DNA from: Solirubrobacterales bacterium
GTDB lineage: Bacteria > Actinomycetota > Thermoleophilia > Solirubrobacterales > 70-9
Assembly (NCBI GenBank): GCA_035260485.1
Contig: DATFVC010000055.1
Location: 56,041-120,040, forward strand
Reading direction: 5' to 3'
Length of the DNA stretch: 64,000 nt
Of the stretch, positions 7,822 through 16,288 are shown in pieces. Both the position numbers and the translations under genes were made by a program. Each line of letters begins with the position of its first letter. The stretch's first letter is position 1. A model generated the notes under the pieces. It was not told the DNA's origin. It was given only the letters and a program-made list of their open reading frames with translations, and searched no databases.

Positions 7822-9015
7822 ATGCTCAAGACTCGCCTTGCCGCGGTGGCGTTGGCTGCTGCAGCGGCGGCGCTCGTTGTGCTGCTTTGCAGCGCTGCCG
7901 CGCCTGCCAAGGATCTCGAATCGGAACTGAACGCGAAGGAAGCGAAGCTCTCGAAGGTTCGCGACCGCAAGGGCGTCCTGACTACGACGATCTCGCATTA
8001 CAAGGCGAAGATCGAAAGGCTGACCGGGGAGGTCGCGGCGCTGCGTTCGCGGCAGGCGGAAGTGAAGGTGCGCCTCGACGCGAAGCAGGCTGAGCTGGAC
8101 GGCGCGATGGCCGAGCTGGATGTCGGCAAGAAGCACCTCGCGGTCGTCCGCGCCCACCTGACGCGGGCGCTGGTGGCGCTGCGCGAGCGCCTCGTCGCGA
8201 TCTATGAGACCGGCGCTCCGGACATCCTCAGCGTGCTGATTGAAGCCGGTGGTTACGACGAGCTGGTCAACCGCACCGAGTACCTCAACCGCATCCATGG
8301 GCTCGACGAAGCTGTCGTCACCCGGGTACGCGACCTGCGTGACCAGGTGAAGCGGACCGTTGCCCGCCTGCGCTCCGCCAAGAACCGGATCGAATCGGCC
8401 CGCGACGCGATCGCCGCCGAAGAGCAGACCCTCGCCAGCGCCCGCTCGGCTGTCCAGCAGCGCCAGTCGACCCTGGTCGAAGCCCGCCGCAGTCGCGAGG
8501 CCGCTCTCACCAGGATCACGAAGACCGAACAGGACCTGGACGGCGACGTGGCCTCGATCCAGGCCGAGCTCGCCGCGACCTTGGCCGGAACTGGGTCGGC
8601 TCCGCTGCCGGCCGGGCCGATCCAGGGCGGCAACGGCAGCGGCCTGATCTGGCCGGTCGACGGTCCGGTCGTGTCTGGATTCGGCCCGCGCTTCGGCGGC
8701 AGTGAGTTCCACGAGGGAATCGACATCGCCGTCCCAAGCGGCACGCCGATTCGCGCCGCCGCGGCCGGAACGGTGATCTTCACCGAGCCCGAGGCAAGCA
8801 GCGGCGGCTATGGCAACTTCACCTGCATCGATCATGGCGGTGGGCTCTCGACTTGCTACGCCCACCAGGAATCATTTGCGGTGTCCGCTGGACAGCAGGT
8901 CTCGCAGGGTCAGGTGATCGGTTACAGCGACTGCACCGGGCACTGCTTTGGGCCGCACGTCCACTTCGAGGTCCGGATCAACGGCGCGCCGACCGATCCG
9001 ATGGGTTACCTCTAG
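7822..9015 (+). CDS. M23-family peptidoglycan DD-metalloendopeptidase with N-terminal coiled coil (EnvC-like)
   Basis: It has a signal peptide and a long heptad-rich region. The C-terminal region HEGIDIAVPSGTPIRAAAAGTV...GNFTCIDHGGGLSTCYAHQ...TGHCFGPHVHFEV matches the HxxxD / HxH motifs of M23. Confidence 0.85.
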   Translation: MLKTRLAAVALAAAAAALVVLLCSAAAPAKDLESELNAKEAKLSKVRDRKGVLTTTISHYKAKIERLTGEVAALRSRQAEVKVRLDAKQAELDGAMAELDVGKKHLAVVRAHLTRALVALRERLVAIYETGAPDILSVLIEAGGYDELVNRTEYLNRIHGLDEAVVTRVRDLRDQVKRTVARLRSAKNRIESARDAIAAEEQTLASARSAVQQRQSTLVEARRSREAALTRITKTEQDLDGDVASIQAELAATLAGTGSAPLPAGPIQGGNGSGLIWPVDGPVVSGFGPRFGGSEFHEGIDIAVPSGTPIRAAAAGTVIFTEPEASSGGYGNFTCIDHGGGLSTCYAHQESFAVSAGQQVSQGQVIGYSDCTGHCFGPHVHFEVRINGAPTDPMGYL

Positions 9016-9114
9016 GCACGGTTCTACTGAGAATCGCTCAAAAATTCAATTAGTGGGTATGTCCGGGCGGTTCGCTCCTGCGACCCTTTGGGTAGCAAGC
9101 AAGACGGAGGCGAG

Positions 9115-9834
9115 ATGGCCCGCCAGGCGCGCAATTACCTTGCAGGAGCGGTATCGGGCACAGCCCTGATCGGTATGGCGATGGTGGCTTTCGTCATGCT
9201 CGTCTCGCTGCAGACCCTGCGGAGCTGGCCGCTCGCCGGAATCGGCGGCGGCGATTCCGGCAGCAGCAGCGTCGCTCTGGGGCGGGCGACGACGACCGGC
9301 GCCGCTGCGACCACCCCCGGCGGCAAAGTCGGCAACGCCCCCTCTGCGGCCGGTGGGCGCGGCTCGAGTGGCGGCATCCGAGCCAGCGGTGGCAGCGGCA
9401 GCGTTTCGGGTTCGCCTGGCGCCGGCTCGCCGGTCGCAAGCGCGCCGAACGCGAAGGTGCCCGGTTCCACGCCTACGTATCCCGCCGGGGGCGGCAACTC
9501 CAACTCGGCGTCTTCGGGATCCTCAGGCGCCGCCTCGAGCGGTGGCGGCTCGGGCAATGGCGCTAGCGGTTCGACCAAACCACCGGGGCAAGGCGGTGGC
9601 GCCGGAGCCCGGGGCTCCTCGCCCTCCGGAACCGTGACCAGCACCGTCAACAACACGGTTGGCGGCGTCGACAAAGCCACCGGCGGCACGCTGGGCGCTA
9701 CCGGAGTCACGCACGTCACCGAAGAAGTCGTCGACGGGGTCGCCGGCCCCGAATCCCCCGTCGGCGAAACGGTCGACAAAACCGTCGAAAAAGTCAAAGA
9801 AACGGTCGGCGGCTTGCTCGGCGGGGGTCGCTAG
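9115..9834 (+). CDS. Hypothetical Gly/Ser-rich low-complexity protein with N-terminal TM anchor
   Basis: The ATG at 9115 is preceded by ggagg. It has one TM helix (ALIGMAMVAFVMLVSL), then about 150 aa of G/S/A-rich sequence and a structured-looking tail. Confidence 0.5.
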   Translation: MARQARNYLAGAVSGTALIGMAMVAFVMLVSLQTLRSWPLAGIGGGDSGSSSVALGRATTTGAAATTPGGKVGNAPSAAGGRGSSGGIRASGGSGSVSGSPGAGSPVASAPNAKVPGSTPTYPAGGGNSNSASSGSSGAASSGGGSGNGASGSTKPPGQGGGAGARGSSPSGTVTSTVNNTVGGVDKATGGTLGATGVTHVTEEVVDGVAGPESPVGETVDKTVEKVKETVGGLLGGGR

Positions 9835-9870
9835 CCGGGCTTCCCGACTTTCCCGTCACAATGCCGTCCC

Positions 9871-11175
9871 ATGCCCGAGCGCGGACAGGCAGGCGCGGTC
9901 GCCGACCCGATCGCGGGTTCGCCGGTCTACCCGGCCGGCAGCCGCGTGAACGAGCGCGGACATCTCGAGATCGCCGGCTGTGACGTAGTCGAGCTCGCCG
10001 CCGAGCTCGGCACCCCCGCCTACATCTACGCCGAAGACGACATGCGGGGGCGGGGGCGGGCCTACCGCGAGGCATTCGAGCGGCGCAGCGACGACTTCGA
10101 GGTTCTCTTCGCCAGCAAGGCCCTCCCCTGCACCGCTGCCTACCGGCTCTTCGCCGAGGAGGGTCTCTCCGTCGACGTCGCCTCGGGCGGCGAGCTGCAC
10201 ATGGCGCTGCGCGCTGGCTTCGACCCGACCCGCATCCACATGCACGGCAACAACAAGAGCGACGAGGAGATCCTCTTCGCGGCGCGAGCCGGGGTCGGCC
10301 ACCTGATCCTCGACTCCTTCGACGAGATCGAGCGCTGCGAGCGGCTGCTCGAGGAATCCCAGGACGTGCTGATCCGGGTGACGCCGGGGATCAAGCCCTC
10401 GACTCACGACTACATCCAGACCGGACAGCTCGACTCGAAGTTCGGCTTTGGCCTCGAGGACGGGCTGGCGGGGCGGGCGATCGAGCGGGTGCTCGGCTCC
10501 GACGTGCTGAACCTGGTTGGGCTGCACGCTCACATCGGCTCCCAGATCTTCGAGCTGGAGCCCTACAGGCTGGCGATCCGGGCGATCGGCGAGCTGGCTG
10601 GCGATTGGTGTCGCCTTGTCAACGTCGGCGGTGGGCTTGGGATCGCCTACACGGCCGATGACCTGCCTCCCTCGATCGACTCCTATGTCGAGGTGAAGGC
10701 GCGCGGCGTCGCCGAGGTGTTCGGGGAGGGCGTGCGGATCCTGGTCGAGCCGGGCCGCTCGCTGGTCGGCAACGCCGGCGTCACCGCATACCGAGTCGGC
10801 ACCGTCAAGGAGATCCCCGGCGTTCGCACCTACGTCGCCGTCGACGGTGGCATGTCGGACAACATGAGGCCAATGCTCTACGGGTCCCGCTACGAGGCGC
10901 TGATCGCCGACCGCGCCGGCGCTCCGCTCGATACGGCGGCGACGATCGCCGGCATGCACTGTGAGTCCGGCGACGTGCTCGTCCGCGACGCGATGCTGGC
11001 CGCGCCGGCGGTAGGTGACGTCCTCGTCACGCCGGCAACCGGCGCCTACGGCCACGCGATGGCGAGCAACTACAACGGCGTGACCCGCCCGCCAGTGGTC
11101 TTCTGCCGCGACGGCGAGGCGCGGGTCGTCGTGCGGCGTGAGTCCTACGAGGACCTGACCTCACGCGATGTCTAG
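9871..11175 (+). CDS. lysA: Diaminopimelate decarboxylase
   Basis: 434 aa with a PLP-dependent fold-III decarboxylase pattern (FASKALP, HMHGNNKS, GGGLGI, CESGD). Confidence 0.9.
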   Translation: MPERGQAGAVADPIAGSPVYPAGSRVNERGHLEIAGCDVVELAAELGTPAYIYAEDDMRGRGRAYREAFERRSDDFEVLFASKALPCTAAYRLFAEEGLSVDVASGGELHMALRAGFDPTRIHMHGNNKSDEEILFAARAGVGHLILDSFDEIERCERLLEESQDVLIRVTPGIKPSTHDYIQTGQLDSKFGFGLEDGLAGRAIERVLGSDVLNLVGLHAHIGSQIFELEPYRLAIRAIGELAGDWCRLVNVGGGLGIAYTADDLPPSIDSYVEVKARGVAEVFGEGVRILVEPGRSLVGNAGVTAYRVGTVKEIPGVRTYVAVDGGMSDNMRPMLYGSRYEALIADRAGAPLDTAATIAGMHCESGDVLVRDAMLAAPAVGDVLVTPATGAYGHAMASNYNGVTRPPVVFCRDGEARVVVRRESYEDLTSRDV

Positions 11176-12391
11176 TCCGGTCCGCATTGGGCTGCTCGGG
11201 CGCGGCACGGTCGGCGGCGCCTTCGCCAGGCTGCTCGCCGAGCGAGCCGACGCGGTCGAGGCGGCGACCGGACGACGGCCGGAGCTGGCGGGCACGCTGT
11301 CGCGCAGCGAGGGCGACTTCGGCAAGATCCTCGAGCGCGCCGACCTGATCGTCGAGCTGATCGGCGGCACCGACCCGGCGCGCGGCTACGTGCTCGACGC
11401 GCTGCGCGCGGGGCGGCCGGTCGTCACCGCCAACAAGCAGCTGCTCGCCCGGCATGGAGAAGAGCTATTCGGCGTCGCCCGCGAGGCGGGGGTGCAGCTT
11501 CGCTTCGAGGCCGCTGTGGCCGGGGTGATTCCGATCGTGCGCACGATCCAGGAGAGCTTCGGCGTCACTGAGATCGACAAGGTGTTCGGGATCGTCAATG
11601 GGACGACCAACTTCATCCTCAGTGAGATGGCCGCCACCGGCGCCGCCTACGACAAGGTTCTCGCGCGGGCGCAGGAGCTGGGCTACGCCGAGGCAGACCC
11701 AACCGAGGACGTCAACGGCGCCGATGCGGCGGCGAAGATGGCGATCCTCGCTCGCCTCGCCTTCCACACGGCCGTCACTCTCGACCAGGTCGCCTACGAG
11801 GGGATCGAGCAGGTCAAGCCCGACGACCTCGCCTATGCCAAGGAGCTCGACCTCTCGCTGAAGCTGCTCGGCGTCGCCGAGCGGCGCGACGGCGGGATCA
11901 GCGTCCGCGTCTTCCCCTGCTTCCTCTACAGCGGCCACCCGCTGGCGCCGATCGGTGGGCCGTTCAACGCGGTGATGGTCGAGGCGCCAGCGATCACCGA
12001 GGTGACGATGTCGGGGCCTGGCGCCGGTGGCGTTGAGACCGCCTCGGCGGTGCTCGGCGACGTCGTCTCGATCCTCTCCGGCGACGCCCCAGTCCACGAG
12101 GCGCGCGAGGAGCTGCCGCTGGTCGCCGACGTCACTTCGTCCTTCTATCTTCACCTGGAGGTTGCCGACGAGCCCGGCGTGCTGGCGCGGATCGCCCAGG
12201 TGCTGGGCGAGAACGAGATCTCGGTGAAGAGCGTCGTGCAGCGCGGCATCGGCGACGACGCGCGCCTGGTGATGGTCGTCCACGAGTGCTTGGAGTCGCG
12301 CTTCGCAGCGGCGGTCGACGAGATCGGTGGGCTCGACGAGGTGCGTTCAAAGCCACGGTTCATCCGGGTTATCGAGGAGGAGTTCGTTTGA
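11168..12391 (+). CDS. hom: Homoserine dehydrogenase (with C-terminal ACT domain)
   Basis: The N-terminal Rossmann motif is [11 protein letters not shown]. It has NGTTNFIL and a [17 protein letters not shown] catalytic region, then an ACT-like tail. It overlaps the lysA stop. Confidence 0.9.
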   Translation: MSSPVRIGLLGRGTVGGAFARLLAERADAVEAATGRRPELAGTLSRSEGDFGKILERADLIVELIGGTDPARGYVLDALRAGRPVVTANKQLLARHGEELFGVAREAGVQLRFEAAVAGVIPIVRTIQESFGVTEIDKVFGIVNGTTNFILSEMAATGAAYDKVLARAQELGYAEADPTEDVNGADAAAKMAILARLAFHTAVTLDQVAYEGIEQVKPDDLAYAKELDLSLKLLGVAERRDGGISVRVFPCFLYSGHPLAPIGGPFNAVMVEAPAITEVTMSGPGAGGVETASAVLGDVVSILSGDAPVHEAREELPLVADVTSSFYLHLEVADEPGVLARIAQVLGENEISVKSVVQRGIGDDARLVMVVHECLESRFAAAVDEIGGLDEVRSKPRFIRVIEEEFV

Positions 12392-13425
12392 CCCCCGTCC
12401 CCCTGATCGAGAGATACAGGGATCGGTTGCCGCTTGAGGATGGAGACCCGGTCGTTTCGCTCAACGAGGGATCAACTCCCCTGATCGAGGCGCCGCGGCT
12501 TTCGGATCGTCTTGAGGTTCGGGCTTATCTGAAGTTCGAGGGGGCGAACCCGACTGGGTCCTTCAAGGACCGGGGGATGACGGTGGCGGTGTCCCGGGCC
12601 AAGGGGCGGGGGGCGGAGGCTGTTATCTGCGCTTCTACTGGGAATACGGCGGCCAGCGCCGCCGCCTATGCTGCGCGCGCCGGTATGCGCGGGGCGGTGA
12701 TCGTTCCCGAGGGCAAGATCGCGATCGGCAAGCTGGCCCAGGCGTTGATGCACGGGGCCCGGGTGATCGCCCTGCAGGGGAACTTCGACGAGGCGCTGCG
12801 GATCGTGCGCGAGCTGGCCGACAAGCACCCGATCGAGCTCGTCAACTCGGTCAACCCCTTCCGGATCGAGGGGCAGAAGACGGCGGCGTTCGAGGTGGTC
12901 GAAGAGCTCGGCGAAGCGCCCGGGGCGCTGGCGATTCCGGTCGGCAACGCCGGCAACGTGACCGCCTACTGGCGTGGTTTCGAAGAGCTTGGCGCCACCC
13001 CCGTCGTCTACGGCTTCCAGGCGGAGGGCGCCGCGCCGCTCGTCCACGGCGCTCCGGTCGCCGACCCCGAGACGGTCGCTTCGGCGATCAGGATCGGCAA
13101 CCCGGCGCGCTGGGAGGAGGCGATGGCCGCCTTCACTTCCTCGCGAGGCCGGGTGGCGGCAGTCTCCGACGAGCAGATCCTCGACGCCTACCACTGGCTG
13201 GCCGCCAGCGAGGGAGTCTTCTGCGAGCCGGCCTCGGCGGCCTCGGTTGCCGGCCTGTTAGCCCATGGCCTGCCGGTAGCCGAGGACGCGGCACGCCCCG
13301 AGTCGGTCGTCTGCGTCCTAACCGGCCACGGCCTCAAGGACCCCGACACGGCCCTCTCCAAAGCCCCCCCCGTGATCAACTGCGAGAACGACCTCAGCGC
13401 TGTGGAGCGGGCGGTGTTCGATTGA
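12388..13425 (+). CDS. thrC: Threonine synthase
   Basis: The TTG at 12388 overlaps the hom stop. It has the PLP lysine motif [14 protein letters not shown] and a GNAGN loop. The longer ORF start at 12286 overlaps hom and yields an Arg/Gly-rich extension. Confidence 0.9.
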   Translation: MTPVPLIERYRDRLPLEDGDPVVSLNEGSTPLIEAPRLSDRLEVRAYLKFEGANPTGSFKDRGMTVAVSRAKGRGAEAVICASTGNTAASAAAYAARAGMRGAVIVPEGKIAIGKLAQALMHGARVIALQGNFDEALRIVRELADKHPIELVNSVNPFRIEGQKTAAFEVVEELGEAPGALAIPVGNAGNVTAYWRGFEELGATPVVYGFQAEGAAPLVHGAPVADPETVASAIRIGNPARWEEAMAAFTSSRGRVAAVSDEQILDAYHWLAASEGVFCEPASAASVAGLLAHGLPVAEDAARPESVVCVLTGHGLKDPDTALSKAPPVINCENDLSAVERAVFD

Positions 13426-14306
13426 CCGCCCGCCGCCGTGTCGTTCGCGTTCCAGCCTCCTCGGCCAATCTCGGGCCGGGCTACGACGTGATGGCGGCTG
13501 CGCTCGACCTGTTCCTCGAGCTGGAAGTGGAGGAGACGGGGGAGTTCTCGTTCGACCCGGCCGGTCTCGACGTGCCGACCGGGCGCGACAACCTGATCGT
13601 GCGCGCCTTCGAGAGCCTGCACTCGGCCGACGGGATCGCCTTCCGCATCAGGGAGTCGATTCCGCTCGGCCGCGGCCTCGGCTCCAGCGCGGCGGCGATC
13701 GTCGCCGGCCTGGTGGCCGCCGACCATCTCTATGAGCTGGCGCTCTCCGAGGAGGAGCTGCTGGCGCGCGGGGCGGAGATCGAGGGCCATCCCGACAACG
13801 TCGCTGCGGCGATCTTCGGCGGCTTCGTCATCTGCGACCCGGCCGGGGACGGGCCGCCGGATGCATCGCGGTTCCCGCCGCCTGACGGGCTCGAGGGGAT
13901 CCTCGTCATCCCCAACGAGGAGGAGGTCGCTACCGAGCGGGCGCGCGAGGCAATCCCGAACGAGATCCCGCTCGGCGACGCGCTTGGCAACATCTTCTCC
14001 GCTGCCCGGCTGACGCTCGGCCTCTACCGGGGGGACCTGAGCCTGATCGCCGCCAGCCTCAAGGACAACATCCATCAAGGCCGCCGCCGCGACCTCTACC
14101 CCCGTTCGATGGAGCTGGTCGAAGGCGCGCGCGACCTCGGCGCGCTTGGCGCGACGATCTCAGGCGCCGGTCCCACTGTCCTTGTCTGGACCACCTGGCA
14201 GGACGCCGGCAAGGTGGTCGAGGAGCTGGAGAGCCGCTGTCAAGGCTGGGCGGAAATCCGCCGCATCCCCTTCACCCCGCACGGCGCCGACGTGCCCGAG
14301 CTCTGA
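13422..14306 (+). CDS. thrB: Homoserine kinase
   Basis: It has a GHMP kinase motif ([16 protein letters not shown]) and an N-terminus [13 protein letters not shown]. It overlaps the thrC stop. Confidence 0.9.
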   Translation: MTARRRVVRVPASSANLGPGYDVMAAALDLFLELEVEETGEFSFDPAGLDVPTGRDNLIVRAFESLHSADGIAFRIRESIPLGRGLGSSAAAIVAGLVAADHLYELALSEEELLARGAEIEGHPDNVAAAIFGGFVICDPAGDGPPDASRFPPPDGLEGILVIPNEEEVATERAREAIPNEIPLGDALGNIFSAARLTLGLYRGDLSLIAASLKDNIHQGRRRDLYPRSMELVEGARDLGALGATISGAGPTVLVWTTWQDAGKVVEELESRCQGWAEIRRIPFTPHGADVPEL

Positions 14307-14311
14307 TTTAG

Positions 14312-14677
14312 ATGATCCGGATCGGCCTGATCGAGCTGGCGCTCGGCGGCCTGCTCGGCTGGGCGATGGTCATCCGCGAGGAGAAGCGCGAGTGGCTGAA
14401 CCGGATCGGCATCGTCGCCCCGCAGCGGATCCGCCAGGTCCACCTCGACTACGTGATGATGGGCCTGATCCTGATCGCCGTCGGTCTTGCCGTCCCGGAC
14501 CTGCCGCGGCTCATCTCCGTTGCCCTTGTCTTCGGCACGCTGGTCAACCCCTTCCTCTTCGTCCCCCTTGCCTTCGACCCGGAGATCGAGAAGCGGCTCT
14601 GGTACCGCTTGCTGGCGGTCGTCTCCTTCCTCGGAGTAAGCGGCGGCCTGGTCGCCGCCGCCGTTGTCGGTCCCTGA
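14312..14677 (+). CDS. Hypothetical small integral membrane protein
   Basis: 121 aa with four hydrophobic helices. I recognise no family. Confidence 0.5.
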   Translation: MIRIGLIELALGGLLGWAMVIREEKREWLNRIGIVAPQRIRQVHLDYVMMGLILIAVGLAVPDLPRLISVALVFGTLVNPFLFVPLAFDPEIEKRLWYRLLAVVSFLGVSGGLVAAAVVGP

Positions 14678-14716
14678 GTCTCGGCTCGTCGCCGCGTCCG
14701 CCACTAACATCGTTCT

Positions 14717-15748
14717 GTGGCGGGCAGGCTCAGATGGGTTCCGGCGTTGGCGCTGCTGGTTGTGCTCGTCGCCTCTCCGGCGATGGCGCAGGCCACGCTG
14801 ACGTTCCTACGTGGTCCCCTTAAGCCAGTCGTCTGGGCCGCGAAAGACAACGGCTCGCACGCGCACAAGGTCGCGCCCGGGACGAATCCCCGAGTCTCGC
14901 CCGACGGCCAATCCGTCGCCTACAGCCCGGTCAAGGGCGGGATCTTCGGCTCCGAACTCGTGGTCGCGCCGGTCGATGGCAGCGCGCCGCCACGCCGGCT
15001 CCTCGGCAACGTACGGGAACCGTTCTACCTCGTCTGGTCGCCCGACTCGACCACGATCGCGGCGCTGCGCGGGCCCGAACTCGGCGCCCGCCAACTGGTG
15101 CTGATCGACGTCGCATCCGGCGCCGTGCGGACGGTCGCCAGAGGCTTCTTCGGTGGGTTCAGCTTCGAACCCGGCGGCGGTCAGCTCGTCTACGCAAGGG
15201 CAAGTAAGGAAAAGTTCCCGCCTCGCTCCGACATCTACCGAGTCGACGTGTCCGGCGGAAACCTCACTCGCCTCACCCACGACCACCGCTCGCAGAACCC
15301 GCTTTGGGGCCCTGACAACGAGATCGTCTTCGTCAAGCAGCTCGGCGCAAAGCAGCGCCGCTACGGCCCCAAGAACGAGCTCTTCCTGATGAATTCTGAT
15401 GGGAAGGGCGTGCGCCAGTTGACCCATACCAGGGTCGATCCTCTGCTTTTTGGACTGACGCCGACGCAGTGGTCGGCCAACGGCAGTCGCCTGCTTGCCG
15501 AGTTCAACGGCCAGGACACCAGCTACGCCGTCACGGTCAACCCCCGAACCGGCGCACAGCGGCCGGTGACCAAGGCGCGTGAGCAGGGCTTCGCGGCCAC
15601 CGCGCTCTCAGCCGACGGCAAAAGCATCCTTGGCATGACCGGTGGCTTCGAACCGGGGCCGGGTCACAAGGTCCTCAGCATCCCCTACGGTGGTGGGCGC
15701 CCAAAGGTCTTGGCGAAGAACGCCTTCGAACCCGACTGGAGCCGTTGA
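14717..15748 (+). CDS. Secreted TolB-like / PD40 beta-propeller repeat protein
   Basis: It has a signal peptide (ALALLVVLVASPAMA) and repeated SPDG/WSPD/GPDN propeller-blade signatures. Confidence 0.7.
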   Translation: MAGRLRWVPALALLVVLVASPAMAQATLTFLRGPLKPVVWAAKDNGSHAHKVAPGTNPRVSPDGQSVAYSPVKGGIFGSELVVAPVDGSAPPRRLLGNVREPFYLVWSPDSTTIAALRGPELGARQLVLIDVASGAVRTVARGFFGGFSFEPGGGQLVYARASKEKFPPRSDIYRVDVSGGNLTRLTHDHRSQNPLWGPDNEIVFVKQLGAKQRRYGPKNELFLMNSDGKGVRQLTHTRVDPLLFGLTPTQWSANGSRLLAEFNGQDTSYAVTVNPRTGAQRPVTKAREQGFAATALSADGKSILGMTGGFEPGPGHKVLSIPYGGGRPKVLAKNAFEPDWSR

Positions 15749-16122
15749 TGGCAGACAGCTACTCGATCAAGCACCGCGACGAGTTCGAGTCGATGGAGGG
15801 GTCGGGGGACTCGACCTGGAGGCTGGCGCGCAAGGCGCTCGGCACCTCGGCATTCGGCTTCAACCTGGTCGAGCTTGCGCCCGGTGGGGAGATCCCGGAG
15901 CACGACGAGGCGCAGAGTGGCCAGGTCGAGCTCTACGCGATCCTCGAAGGCGAGGCGGTGCTGCGCATCGAGGGCGAGGACCATCCGGCGCCCGCGGGCA
16001 CCTTCGCCTCGATCGAGCCGCCTGCCAGCCGCACGATCCTCAACCGCTCCGACGCGCCTGTCACCGCCCTACTGATCGGCGTCCAGCCCGAGGGCGGCTA
16101 CGAGCCGATGAGCTGGGCCTGA
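15745..16122 (+). CDS. Cupin-domain protein
   Basis: 125 aa. It has the cupin motifs G(GE)IPEHDE...QVELYAILEGE and ...PAGTFASIEP. It overlaps the upstream stop. Confidence 0.7.
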   Translation: MMADSYSIKHRDEFESMEGSGDSTWRLARKALGTSAFGFNLVELAPGGEIPEHDEAQSGQVELYAILEGEAVLRIEGEDHPAPAGTFASIEPPASRTILNRSDAPVTALLIGVQPEGGYEPMSWA

Positions 16123-16126
16123 GCGA

Positions 16127-16171
16127 CGAAACTGCATTTACCCCCGCATAGGGCGGGTAAATGCAGTTTCG
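16127..16171. terminator. 17-bp perfect, unusually A/T-rich hairpin after the cupin gene
   Basis: cgaaactgcatttaccc (16127-16143) pairs with gggtaaatgcagtttcg (16155-16171). Confidence 0.55.
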
Positions 16172-16196
16172 TGGGGTGTTTGACTCCCGAATCGAT

Positions 16197-16225
16197 TAGT
16201 CAGCCGGGCGCCTCACCCCTATAAT
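16197..16225 (+). promoter_or_regulatory. Candidate sigma-70-type promoter of gltB (TAGTCA-17 nt-TATAAT)
   Basis: The hexamers lie at 16197-16202 and 16220-16225 with a 17-nt spacer. The SD gggagg lies 6 nt before the ATG at 16289. Confidence 0.35.
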
Positions 16226-16288
16226 CCGGCAACTCGTTCAACCCGTCGCGCGCCCGCTCGGAGAAGGCGTGGAAACCGGGAGGTCAAC

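Noticed and set aside
9856-11055. 399-aa minus-strand ORF antisense to lysA. Analogous long antisense ORFs lie at 7807-8865, 11465-12283, 13188-14078, 30430-32166, 31896-33428, 41209-42639, 43343-44317, 45885-47090, 52335-53807 and 53710-54936.
   Set aside because: Each one overlaps a strongly supported gene on the other strand and has low-complexity Arg/Gly/Pro-rich translations. They are stop-codon-poor GC artefacts.
16179-16225. TTGACT at 16179 paired with TATAAT at 16220 as the gltB promoter.
   Set aside because: The spacer would be about 35 nt. The weaker TAGTCA at 16197, with a 17-nt spacer, is the only geometry that works, and it is reported at low confidence instead.
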